Source: Chrysomallon squamiferum
Taxonomy: Eukaryota > Animalia > Mollusca
Direction: 5' to 3'
Assembly: GCA_012295275.1 (NCBI GenBank)
Contig: CM022668.1
Span: forward strand, 186,001-250,000
DNA length: 64,000 nucleotides
This document shows, one piece after another, positions 14,691 to 27,771 of this stretch (positions are counted from its first letter, which is position 1; every line of letters starts with the position of its first letter). Both the position numbers and the translations under genes were made by a program. The notes below the pieces were generated by a model. That model did not search any database. It saw only the letters and a program-made list of their open reading frames with translations, and had not been told where the DNA came from.

Positions 14691-16967
14691 TAGTTGTAAC
14701 AGTATTAGTAGTAATGGCAGTAGTAATAGTAGCAGCAGTAGTAGCAGTATATTACAAAATGGGATTGTCAGTACATAAATATCTGATGACAGACGACCTT
14801 TAATGAACACGCCACTTTACGGCCGAAAATGCTCAGTTTTACGGAAGATGACTTCAAAGGAATCAATCAATATTTTTCACAGAAATTTATTTCCTTTTCG
14901 CATCGTTTTTGATTTGGTCGCCTGCTTTCGCCTATGAGTTTTGTGGGAGTTTGAAGAAATGGTTAGTCACAAAATAAAGGCACATTGCCGCCATATATCC
15001 GTAGTGCAACCTATAAAGACTGAGGCATATTATTTCCTTTATTCTACCAATCTAGTTGAAGTTGTAAACAGTTCGTTTGAAAGTTAAAAGGGTAACGGGA
15101 TCAAATACTTATACGGCTTCTAACTAAAGGGGTTTTGACATACATAAAATTACAATAAAATTAAAATGGCTAACATGGAATTTGTCCGGGGTAAAACAAT
15201 GACTATATTCTTATGTTTTAATCATGTTACGTTGCGTTTATTATTAGTATTAATGTTATTTTTGTTATTGCTTGTTATTGTTGTTTCAACTTTCATCGAT
15301 ATTTTGGTTTCATTATTATTATTCTTTATTTTTATTTTTTATTTTATTTTTATTATTTTATTTTTTTATTTATTTTTATTTTATTCTAAACGAAAACCTT
15401 GGAATATGACACGTTTACTTCATCTAGTGCAGCTGATAATACACGTACAGTGAAAAGTTGTGTTTTCTTGTGACATCACAATGCTGCCATTAGATCGAAT
15501 GACTACCGGATATGTATCAATTTCCGACATAGTTAAGATTTCGAAATTTCTTTCTGGCAACAAACTCGGAGTTCCGTGTTTTCTTTTTCATCGAAATGAG
15601 AAGCAACACGGAAGAGCGTCGTTAATAATCCTCCGAGAAAAGTTGTATGAAAGAGAAGTTAATGCACGTGTGTAAATAGATCCCTTTTGTCATGACGTTG
15701 GCACGTCCGTGATATCGCTTTGATGAATGAGATTACTGGAAATGTAAGAACCTGCGCAGATAAACGCTTGTGGACGATCGCTTATATCAAAGGCTTGTAA
15801 AAGTTCGCTTATAATCAAAAAAACGAAAAATAGAATCTTTTCTCATTTGAAAAGCCCTTCGAGTATTCGTGTGTCTGCTTCTGTTATTCTAACGGAAAAA
15901 TACTTCAAAGCATGATAGCAAAAGTAGTTCGTTTAGAGTTTTGTTTTATAAATCAAAATCGCGAAAATATTTTTCTTTCTTCAGTGCCACTGTCATTTTG
16001 GAAGTATTTCAACAAATATCATCTTAGTTTTTGCTTGTTTTCATTGGCTGTCTGGTAAACATTAACATATGTGTATTTTTATTACTGATAAACACCTGTA
16101 CACGTTCTAGAGCCAAAAACTACAGCCGAAATTAGATATTTCTGCGTTCTTTCACTCTCGTGGTGCTTCGATAGTCATTTCAAAATAAAATTATATATCG
16201 CCATTTTGTTCATAACAGTCGGATTTGATCCTGGCATTAGACAAAAAATAATTCGCATGGAAACCAGTCTATAACAGTAAGATATTAATATTTTAAATAT
16301 GTCACGGGGTGACAGAAATTTCAATAAATTGATCAATACCACTGACTCAAGATTATTTTGGACTGTAGTCTGATTGTCTCTATGTCTATCATCAGTCAGA
16401 CAGTGTTATATATGTATATGGAGCAATTGGATTGCTATTTACGTAGTCTGCGTGCAGATTTTTAAATGTATAGTGAAAACAACAAATCTAAAAGAGAACG
16501 ACTAACAAAGCATAATATAGAATTTGACTCTAACAATTCAAACTTTCTGCCACTCATTCTCTATTTATTTGTCTGTCTGTGTCCCTCTACCTTCTCCCCT
16601 CTCTGTCTCTCTGTTTCTCTTTATATATCTATATTTGTCTTAATCGAATTTATCTGTCATGTGTTATTTCGCTCTATGTCTCCTACATTTTTCCTCCGCT
16701 TTCTATCGGCTCCTTTAAAAAGAATGTATTTCTGTCCCTCTGCTACTGTCTGTATCGCTCTTTCTATCATTTTAAAAAAACAAATTCATTTATTTTCTCT
16801 CTCTATCTCACACACACACACACACACACAACAAACACGTTTACCAACGTTCTGCTTTAAATCCGCTCTCTTACAAAATAAGAGTAATAACATATTCTAC
16901 AAACTGAAAAGAAGAAAATAATTCGCTCTCTAGATCCCATTTTATCACCAGGCTTCACCGTTTTAAT

Positions 16968-17110
16968 CCAATAACGCCGCTTCGATTGGTAAATTTTTTA
17001 TTTATGACGTCATAAACGCAGGCTCTTGATGACTCCGGAATGAATTTGCCAAGACAACAAATTGAAGTATAAAGCAGATTTACTCTCCGCCTTGTAGAAC
17101 CTGCTTCGCC
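16968..17110 (+). promoter_or_regulatory. Candidate Pol II promoter: CCAAT (16968), ATTGG (16985), CRE TGACGTCA (17005), TATAAA (17068)
   Basis: Motif order and spacing are typical of a TATA/CRE/NF-Y promoter in CpG-retaining sequence. No downstream coding exon was identified. Confidence 0.4.
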
Positions 17111-19234
17111 TGTTTCCGTTGAGTTCGTGTTTTATATGCCGATTATTACGAAATTTATCGATTATTACGTAATATAATTCGGCAATCAGAGGATATTTGT
17201 CGCTTAATACCTTTTTTATGTCCCAGCCTCTTTTGTTTGGTCTTGGTAATGGAAACTGGTTCGGAATTGTTCGTAAGACGTCGCTAGACTCCGTAATGAT
17301 ATGCTATTGTAATAAGAATGTATTTGCTTAATTTGATTTAAATTCATTTTTTTTTTTTTTTTTTTTTCAACTATTTATTTATTTAACAGGAAGCATAAAA
17401 GGAATTATTTTAAGTACATTCTCTCTCTCTCTGACTCTCTCTCCTTTAAATAATTCAAAAGTTTGATCTGTTAACTAATAACACATAAAATATTTTTGAA
17501 TTATTGCTAAATATCTTTTTCAGTCCTTCATTTACACATCTATAAAACAGTTGATGGGAGCTGTCTTAGCATTTAACCCCAGTACCTTTCACTCGAAAAC
17601 ACACTAGAAAAAAGACAACAGATAATGATTCCAGACCAGAGAGCACGCGTAATCCTCTAATCGTCTGCAACCGCCAACTGGTCGAGTCGCATATATCATG
17701 TCAAAAACTGCATGACGTCCACGTGAAAATCATCTGTTATGTGAGACCATGGTCGCCATTAACTTCGAGACGTTTGCTTCTTTGGGCACCAGGATTAAAA
17801 TAAACTTTCTTTGTCTCCTGAGTTTGAACCAGCCTTGATGGGTTGAGAATACATTACGATAATTGACGCACACAATTAAGACTTAACTCGCAAAATTGAT
17901 GTTTTTTAATCCCGCCGAGAAATCCGGGAGTTTCTCCTTAAGAACTGACGTGGACTAGCAGACGAATTAAACGATGAATTAAACGCCAGTTTTGTTGTCT
18001 TGCGGTTTTGAAATATCGTCCAGTGGTCGAGCGGTCAAGGACAAAATGGCAAGTCTGTAGGGAAATCTGTGAAATGTGTCAAGATTTTGGTTTCACGCCA
18101 TGATGGCTGGGTACAATAGGTGGAAGTGAAATAGCACTGCGTATGGGTGGATACCCCGCATTTTAAGATGGTTTCGATAAAGATTAATTTGTCAATAAAT
18201 TTAATCTTGATATGACCCTGAAAGATGAAACCTGGACGCCAGGTGGCGCTTGTGAGATGATTGTGTTTTAAAACTGAAACAAATTATCAATGTATCAAAG
18301 ATGCTTAGCCATCACAATTATTTCAGTTTCAACAACAGCAGTTTCACTGCTTCTGCTTCTTCTACTACAAAAACAAGAATATTACTACTACTAGCACAAA
18401 CAATATCACTGCTGATACGTCTACCAAAAATACCACTAAAGCTACTATTAACAAGGCTGTTACTATTACTACAACTATTATTAAAATTATATCTATTGCT
18501 ACTACCATTTAATAATATTTTTACCAGTGGTATTACTAGAAATGGCGTCTACTATTGCTGTTGTATTTTACTACAGCTTTTGGAGCTACAATTACTGTGT
18601 TACTATTACTACTATTATTCTACTACTATATAGAGAGAGAGAGTTTAAACAAGATGCATAAATATTAACAAAGAGAGTTTATTAATACTAACAACTGCCT
18701 CAAAGTACAACACTAAACACACTGATGTATTTGACTTGTGCACTTGAAGTAGGAAAAAAACACAACTACTGCCAAGCACAACCAATTAACCTTCTGACAG
18801 TGAGCCGATATTAATTTTACTGTCAGTGGTTTCAACACATATGCTTAGCCGCGTTTCTCTTTCATCTGTCTTTTAATTGATGGGCTGGACAGGTGGTGGT
18901 GGGTTACTCACTGTTTGAACTGACAGTCAGGTTGAAAGTTTTGTTTTTGTTTGTTTTAGACGCGCAAAAACAGCCACATTCTATCAATCTCCATTTATAA
19001 CCGTTGAATTTTACAACTTGAAATTTTGGCGTAGATAAAAAAAAAGCAAGAAAAAAAATACATGCCTTGAACTCCGTATTGCATAATCGAAATATTATTA
19101 GGTACGTGCTGGACCAACACGGCGATTGGCATAAAATATTCTTTTCCATAAGTATCACTTACTCTTTTTTATCAGTGTTATTTGTGATGTACATTTGTGG
19201 TTCTTAAAACTATTGACATAAATACTTGTTTTGT

Positions 19235-19284
<50 letters not shown>

Positions 19285-19759
19285 ACAAAACAGAGGTTTT
19301 ATATATGTCTCTATCTCTCACTGTATGAACATATTCAGATTTTTTTTTTCTCTCTTCCCTCTTCTGTTTTTCGAACGCTTGCATTCTTCCCCAAAACCCT
19401 CTATATAATATTGTCTCTGTAGAATTATTGGAACTGCTCCAGATTCCACTAGACGTACATCATAATTATTGCAAAAGTCTTCCTAGGGTTTTACAGCCTT
19501 TTAACTCCCACTTGTGGAATGTTAAATTACATTTCAGTTCATAGTAGTGCGCGCGACGCTGACCGTTTTAATGACCCTTGACACTTTTGATGACGTCTTA
19601 TGGTCATCTGGCATCAAACATTACAGGGGGCCCTTTTGGAAGGATAGAGCTGTTTTGGCAGCTGTGCTCAGACAGACGTAGATATAAATAGTTATTTCGA
19701 AAAGTAGATATATAGTTTATTTGCAATACATTATAAAATAGACAGAGACAAACACAGAC

Positions 19760-19767
19760 AAACAGAC

Positions 19768-19837
<70 letters not shown>

Positions 19838-19838
19838 G

Positions 19839-19870
<32 letters not shown>

Positions 19871-19885
19871 TAGATAGATAGATGA
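19760..19885. repeat. (GATA)n/(GACA)n microsatellite
   Basis: Read directly from the sequence. Confidence 0.95.
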
Positions 19886-22439
19886 ACATACATTCTAATA
19901 TAAGGCAACAAAAATACAGATATACGGACGTACACATGAACACTTATAGACAGATAAACACGTTCAGCTAGCTAAACACGTTCAGGCACACTCACGTGCA
20001 CTTCGTATTTACTAAGTTCAATAACAGTTATCCCAGAGAGAGCTCAGCTGACTCGCCGTGTCAAAATTGTTATAACAAAAACAGTCAGCTAATATCCATT
20101 AGTACACGTGACACTTGGTCAACATAAACGCGATGTTCAGAAAACCATTAGAAAATAGCTCCTCCTCCATGAAGTGGTATAAAAGGAAGTAGAATCATAC
20201 AAAAAGAAGTAGCAGTAACAACACTGTAGAAAAATTGAACTTACTACGCGGAAAATATTTTCAACGTGTTCAGAAAACGTGAGCATTGTTTGGAACAGGA
20301 TGTAACCTTTGAAAGCACGAAGATGGATTACTAGTAGTAATTAAGATGGCTCAACCCAACGATCTAACTACTGAATTGAAACCTGGCCTGGCATTCTCTT
20401 GCTAGTGAGAAAAATGGGAAGATCGATATTATGATTACTGAGAAATTACCTCCAGCAAAACCTATAAGATTTCCTTCATCACGAAAGGTTTTGGAGCTGA
20501 TGAGTTTAACAGGATCCCGGAAATGTAATGACGTAAACAGATCAGACGAAATGACCCTCTGCGTTGTAATGACGTAAGCAAATCAAACAATCTGGCGGCG
20601 TCCAGTCCACAGTTCTCGTCTACTATGACAAAGGAATCGCTTAATTTAATGGTCAATTCATTGACTGTACTCGTCAATACTTCGTCTGTTCTGGACAATA
20701 TTACGACCATTTACGATATTTGTGGTCATCGTTTTATCGCCTGGCGTGTGGCGAATGCTAGACAGTGCTTAAAACGATGACATAACACGTAATTTTAGTC
20801 TGTTTTTATGTGAACAGCGTCTGCTGGTTAGTGTCAGACATGACTCTCAGCTTGTACATTTATGTATATTGCTGTCATCTGAAAATATCTCACAACTGAA
20901 TTAGAAAAGTTCAGACTTCTGCAGTGACAATTGTTTTATTAAATAAACCACACTGATTCTATTACCACTACTAGAAGTATTAGTTTTTGATAGTAGTAGT
21001 AGTGCTACTACCAGTATTATTACTGTAAGTAGTGTTACTACTACTGCTACTAACACCATCATCATCACAATTTACTGCTACTAGTACTTCTGACACTGAT
21101 ATTATTATTACTGCTGCTACTACTATAATTACAACTTTTATTGCTGCTATTGAGACTGCTATAATATTATAATATTATGACTGCTGCTACTGCTATGACT
21201 AATAGCAGTAGTGGTAGCGCTTCTGTCAATCCAAAAATTATGTTGCTGCTGCTACTGTAAATAACAAAAGCAATGACAATAACTACAACAAAAACAGCAG
21301 CAACAACAACAACAGCAACAATAATATTAATAACTACTACAAAAACAACAACAATATAGTGATTACCTCATGAAACAAAAATAATTCAAAGGCAAAATAT
21401 TTTAAGAGAATGCCTAATATAAAGGAAACGTCTCGAAAACAAGGGAGGAAAAGAAATGACGAAATGAAAAAGATCTAAAAAATTCAAAACAATACTTTGT
21501 GGTATTTCCAGATATCGCGAGATCTCGCGAAATGTATCGCATGTCATGAAAACGGCGATAAAACTGTAACCGCATACTGATCGCCATTTGCGATAAAATC
21601 CGTTTCAATCGAATCGTGGGTTACTACTGTCGTGGTTCTTGCAACATCGTCTGAGACGACACACAGCCACTGAGTCAATGTAACTCGATAGTTTTACAGT
21701 GTCACGCCCGAATGAAGAATATGCACAAAACAGAGATTGTTTTTTCTTACAGAAAATATTTCTTTTTAATTTTTTCTTTTCTTTCTTTCTTTCTTTATTT
21801 ATTTTTCATTATTTTATTTTATTTTATTTTCATTATCTTAATAGAGATTACCTTGAATATACGAGTATTTAAGTAAATCAAGATACAAATTTAATATTAA
21901 TTAATAAATTAGCAGTAATGATAGTAGTAGACAGATGAAAAACAAAAAAGTAAAAGAAAAAAGGCACACAAAAACGTTAAATAAAAAGTAAAAAACTAGA
22001 AAAAGTAAAAATAAGTATATATAATATACAAAAAGAAGTCCAGTTCTATTCAATAAAAGAGAAATTAGTTGTAAGTGTACATTCAACAGCTCTAAAATTG
22101 GCAGTATAGCAGTTTCAATTATAGTGATGGTAGAAAAGAAAATGACTGATTATAGTAGATTTAGCGATAGTAAATGCATAATAGAAAAAGATGCAGTTAT
22201 AGAAGTTGTAGGAGTAATGTTACTAATTGTAGTGATAGCAGTCATAGGACTATTTATAGCAACAGTTTTAATGGTACTCGTAGTATTTTTATTGTTGTTG
22301 TTGCAGCAATGGTATTAAAAGTAATATGTATATATATCTTTAAAATAACTTAAACAATAAATTCTAAAACAACTTCAAAATGTTTCTGTCAAAACAATGA
22401 TTTATGTGAATATGTGTACATGTGTGTGTGTGTGTGAGT

Positions 22440-22542
<103 letters not shown>

Positions 22543-23355
22543 AAATGAACATTGAGAGGGAGGCAGAGAGAGAGCTTTACATTAATATTAATACAGCCTT
22601 TGAAGAACGAACTTTTATACGTTTTAATTTTATTTATTTATTTTTATTATCATTATTACGTTTTTCTTTAAGATGAGATTATTGCAGGGGACGTAACTCC
22701 ATTTTATTAACGAAAGAGGAGTTGTCTATGCATTATGTATGCAAACAATATTCTCCTTAACCACAAAAACAAGTTAAATTGTCTACAGCTTAATGTTATA
22801 ATTTTTGAAAAGTGTCGTATATTCTAGTATAGAAATGATTAATCATGCCTGAAAAAGGAATTAATTTTAAAGATCTCTAATATATTTAGGACGGTAAACC
22901 GTTTTTTATCTTATGTAGTAGGGCCCTTAACAATACCCTAATAGGACCTCGTTCAAGCTGTGGAAAGTTTTCTCAGCGATATTTAGATGTACTGTTTTCT
23001 GTGTTTCTTTAACGTAGCAAATTGGTCCTAACTTATTTACTAAGCCACGGATTGCAATTTAGTTTATACCGACTTGTAGAATTCGCTAGTAGCTTTTTTT
23101 TTTACTAATTATAATATTTTATATTGTTGTACTTTGAAAGTACAGTTTTTGAAAATCTCGGTAACATATTTAATATTTACCTAATGGCTTACTTTAAAAT
23201 AGTTTAACATCTCATAATTAAGCTATATATATCCTTAAAGTAAATAAATATGTTAACCATTCATTTCTACAAATATTCCTAACAATAAGTTTTAATTAAA
23301 TATCTACTTTTAGTTAACAGTAATCCAATTACTGAAATCACCTAACAATTAACGA

Positions 23356-25239
23356 TCATTAGCGAGAGACAAATGGACAACACGGTGGCTTGCGGAACTG
23401 GGGGGACTGCACCTTCACAGCAGGACCCCTAAAACAGGTAAGCATTAAAAAAGAAAAAAAAAAGAAACCATCAAAACGAACACCCACCAAAAAAGACTTC
23501 CTGACAGTGGCAACCAAATCAAGTCCGACAATACACAAACAAAAATAAAACCACCAACATCGCCCAGACAACCCCACAAAACAAAACCCCCAACTCGCCC
23601 CCCAAATTATTGAACAACACAGAGGAGTTTCCACACCTCACCCTCACACCTTAAAGAACTTGGCCTAGAGAGTTCTTCTACTCAAGCGTTTCACCAACTG
23701 GACGAGGAAAAACTCCTTAATACAAAAAGACACCCAATATACAACAACAAAAAGCGTACACTCGATTCCCGCTCCATCAACAATGACAACCACAGCAACA
23801 GACTACTCTCTACGAAGCCTGGTGAAAATGAAAACAATCAAAGAAACGCCACAAAATAATACAAGCAATAAATAAAGAAAATCTTCACGTGATAATTCAG
23901 AACCTCACGATCTGGAACAATGACTAATGGGATGTGCTTCTGTCTGCCACAACAGAAGTAGACCACATCTTTTTTCATAACAAATTACGCAAATTACTGA
24001 ATTTAATCAAAACCAGTAAAATGCGCCCAATGCCAACGATGGGAATCAATGAGGGACACCCAGCGTGTGGGTGGCAGACTCCCTAAGAAAATGGCAGACA
24101 ACCCGCGCCGTCAACCCATCCACTGCTGTAACTGTAATCGCCGACAACACATGAAAAGCCACCTATGTCCGGCCTACAAAAACGCAATTAAACACCTAGA
24201 GGCCAAACATACACACACAGCCACACACAGCCACACACGCGTACATACAAAGCCACGAGACAAAGACAAAACAAACGCAACCAGGCGAACTGAACAACAA
24301 AGACAGCCCAGTGACAGCCCTCCAACTACTCAGTGTTGTCACTGGGCTGTTCCTAGACGGATCAGTGCGGACCCCCAACTCCAATAACAGGACGGATGCC
24401 GCCATAGAGAAAGCCACTTTGGTAGCATGTCAGACCCTCCAAAAACACCTGGACGACCAATGGAGTTTAACAAGGTGCTCCCAAACTCCATGAACTACTA
24501 CCAAAACAACATCAACACCGGTAACACTAACCAAGTGAAATAAACACAATCAAATACACGCAACAAAACTAATCTCCAACAATACCAAACTCCTTCACAC
24601 CACACATGGGAGACAAACAACACAAGCATAAAAACAACAAATATAAACCATCTAAACGCCTAAACGTCATTCATTGGAATGCTAAAGATCTCACATCAAT
24701 AGGTCATGGGTACGAACTCATACGCTACATACTCAACTCTAATCATCATATTGATATAATCTGCATACAAGAAAACTGGATCAGCAACACACAAACACGG
24801 AACAAACAACTGTTCCAAAACTTTAACATTCCAGGATTCTTTGGCTTCTTTCACAACACTAACTTCACCACGAGAGGAGGAGTAGCAACTTATGTCAGAA
24901 ATGAACTATCTTACTCACGTATCCCACTAACCAATCACCACCCCAACATAGAGACACTTGGGTGGGGTAACAATCCTTGGTCAGGCTGAAAACATTAACG
25001 TTTTTAACTACTCTAGTCACCAGGCAAAAATCAATACAATATAACACTAGTATTGCCTCTAAATATATCGATAATTCCATTATACTGAGGGATTTCAACA
25101 CCAGGAACCACCTGTGGGGATCCACTAGTACATGTAAACAGGGAGCCATCATCGAAAAATGTACGGACCTTAACAAACACATATATCTAACGCCAACCTA
25201 CCTATCAGACATATACAACACCTGGTCATGCCTTGATAC
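23356..25239 (+). mobile_element. Degenerate non-LTR retrotransposon (I/Jockey-group LINE): ORF1 zinc-knuckle remnant plus ORF2 APE endonuclease, truncated by the LTR insertion
   Basis: ORF1 knuckles: KCAQCQRW (~24018) and IHCCNCNRRQHMKSHLCPAYK (24118-24180). APE motifs: LNVIHWNAKDL, IDIICIQENW, RGGVATYVR, IILRDFNTRNHLWGS, PTY...SCLD (24606-25239, frameshifted). The sense strand is A/C-rich. Confidence 0.85.
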
Positions 25240-25886
25240 TATCTTAGTGGGGAAAAACGCCTCGCTTGGACATGCCATAAGCAGATTAAAATAAAATATA
25301 TTTAACTATAGCAACCAAAAGTATAAAGATAAAAGTCGTCAAGTTACAATCCATCCAATCTAACAACAGACATATAATTAATTAAAATACCTAATTCATT
25401 AATACGTAATGATATGATCCGGCTCCAATTAAAGGGTATGCGCCGATTAAGGACCGCTGTAAACAAAAGATGTCTTATCCCGAGTAAACTGATTACGGCA
25501 ATAATCTTCACAATAATTAAAATACCTAAATACAGTAATACGTAAAGATATGAGCCGAGTGCTATAAAATAACGCAGAGACCAGTGTCCAGTTTCTGCGA
25601 CGGACACGCCCGCTGACTTGTCAGAAGGCGTGCCCGTCGCAGACGTGCTTCACAACAGCTTGCTCTGATTAGCACGTTAATTTTTTTCCTATTCCTATTC
25701 CTAGTGTCCAGTTACAACACACTTGGCTGACCAGCAATAAACACTTCAGAACTCGGCTCATTTCTCTTTCATTTTTATATTTAGACTGGACCCCATTGCT
25801 CCCAGACTGCATTTCCCAAAGTAGTTCTACAGCTAAATAACCACGGTTATAAAATAACCAAGGACAAAATAATAATCACGATTATA
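25240..25886 (+). repeat. 5' LTR (TATC...TTATA) with TATAAAA at 25563 and AATAAA at 25736
   Basis: Direct repeat of 32744-33455. It ends 2 nt before the PBS. Confidence 0.9.
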
Positions 25887-25888
25887 AG

Positions 25889-25898
25889 TGGTGGAGAT
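25889..25898 (+). other. Primer-binding site TGGTGGAGAT, complementary to the 3' end of tRNA-Ala
   Basis: Eukaryotic tRNA-Ala ends ...ATCTCCACCA. The site lies 2 nt after the LTR end. Confidence 0.75.
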
Positions 25899-26076
25899 CA
25901 AACGATCCCTGCCAATGAAAGGGGCCAGTCCAATAAACTACAGAGAGAGGCTTCGAGGATGCCAAATAGACCCACTGACAACACCAACGCCAACACCGGC
26001 GTTCTATTAAGCAATATTTATACAGCCATCATCAACAACAGCTACAACTACTTCTCAGATCACGCCATCTGCTTCT

Positions 26077-27120
26077 ATGTCAACAACTAGTGATTCATCC
26101 ATCAATTCCCTACCAGTACCAATAGCACAAACAATTACTCCCATCATGACCTATGTAACACTGAACAGATTTTGTGGAAGCCAGAATATATCGACTTGGT
26201 GGAATGATTTTGACAGGACTAATTGCCTTAAACGGTTACTCAAGTGAACGAGCGTGTCTGTTGCTGCCATTCTACTTAGAGGGAACAGCCAAGATGTAAC
26301 ATCAGGACTTAACAGAAGAAACAAAGAAAAGCCTGCCACTACTGCAACAAGCTTTTGAGAACCGATTGAAATAAAGTTCGGCTTTCAAGTTGGCACTTTT
26401 TCCCATGTCACAGAAAACAACTGAGGCCGTGGAGGACTACATAACACGAGTCCAAACAGCAACGCGATATAAAAACCTACCAAAAGAGCTTGTAGTAGCG
26501 ATAGCTGTAAACGGCCTTCAGGAGACTCTTCGACAGTGGGTCTACAATAAGGAGCCCACAATTCTTGAAGAGGTTAGACATTTTGCACATGTAGCTAACC
26601 AATCCACTATAATGATGCAGCTGGCCAGTACGGCTAAACTGGAAGAAAATGTGGGCCACCTGTCGACATTGGTGGAAGCCTTACTAACTAGCAAAGGTTA
26701 GGAGGTCAACCGACTACAGCACGAGGCCATACCGCAACAGGAAATGACACCACCTCAGGCATCCAGCCGAAGACGTTTCGGGTCACACTTTCCAGCCCCA
26801 CGGAACAAACCTTACCACAAAGAGAATCAGGAGCCTGCATACTAAGCAATATTTCAACACCAAGATTTCAGCCACAATACCAGCGAGCCCACCACGATCG
26901 ACCGATGTCGGCTCCACTGCAGCGGCCAACCAGACATCACCAGCAACCTCTACCACCCCATCTACAACAGCGCTGTAAAGGATGTGGTGAGTACTGCCCT
27001 AATTGATTTGTTTTTCCACATGCCAACACAATTTGTAAATTTTGTTCATATAGAGGTGACCATGAATCAGTATGCATTAAACGCTACAATAGCCATACGA
27101 GATAGGAATTCGCGCCTGAC
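26077..27120 (+). pseudogene. Gypsy gag, frameshifted and stop-containing
   Basis: Capsid-like Q..TEAVEDYITRV...AIAVNGLQETLRQWVYNKEPTILEEV (26390-26701) and Cys/His knuckle remnants RCKGCGEYC...CKFCSYRGDHESVC near 26970-27075. Confidence 0.8.
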
Positions 27121-27189
27121 AGACAGATTTAATCTGATATCAGGCACAAACCAGAATATGTTTCACTTGTAGCTCCCTTAACAAAAAAC

Positions 27190-27771
27190 ACAGTTCAAGT
27201 TAAGGTGGGTCAAGTTAAAACGACGGCTCTTGTAGACACAGGTGCATCCATTAGCTGTATTAGCGAACAGTCCATGCACAAATTACAAGTACAGCACTTG
27301 ATGTCCAAGTGTGGCATCCCTGTCATCATAGGAATAGGGGGAGAAAAACGCCCAGTCTTAGGGTCATTATCTCTTAGAATTCGGACTGGCAACATTTCTG
27401 TTTCACAAACCTTTCATGTCTTTTCTTCTCTTCATCACTCCCTTATTCTTGGACTTCCTTACACACAACAGTGCTACCATTGACTTAGCGGCTCGTAAAC
27501 TTTACATTTACGGTGGTTTCATTTCTGTTTGTCTAGGTATCTGCAGCTACTATCGAAAATTTGTCAACAACTTTGCAGGCATTGCTTCTCTTCTCAACAA
27601 TCTTCTCCAGAAAGATGTTCCATTCAAATGGACAGTCCAATGTCAGCAAGCTTTTCTTCAGCTTAAAAGGACTCCAAGGTCGCTCCCAAGAAGATGATCT
27701 TCGAAATGGCATTTGATACCATTTCTATCTGCTCAAGCACAGAGGACAGAAAAACAACCGTCCATCTATGG
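27190..27771 (+). pseudogene. Gypsy pol 5' remnant: aspartic protease fused by deletion to an RT-connection fragment
   Basis: ALVDTGAS and LILG motifs, followed directly by LGICSYYRKFVNNFAGIASLLNNLLQKDVPFKWTVQCQQAFLQLK. No YxDD motif is visible. Confidence 0.85.

Noticed and set aside
13341-14810. Ser/Gly-rich secreted-protein-like ORFs
   Set aside because: They derive from a triplet minisatellite with frame breaks and no splice or promoter support. Kept only as a low-interest finding.
20462-20710. 82-aa non-repetitive ORF on the - strand
   Set aside because: No recognisable domain or splice context. It overlaps CRE-like motifs of a probable regulatory island.
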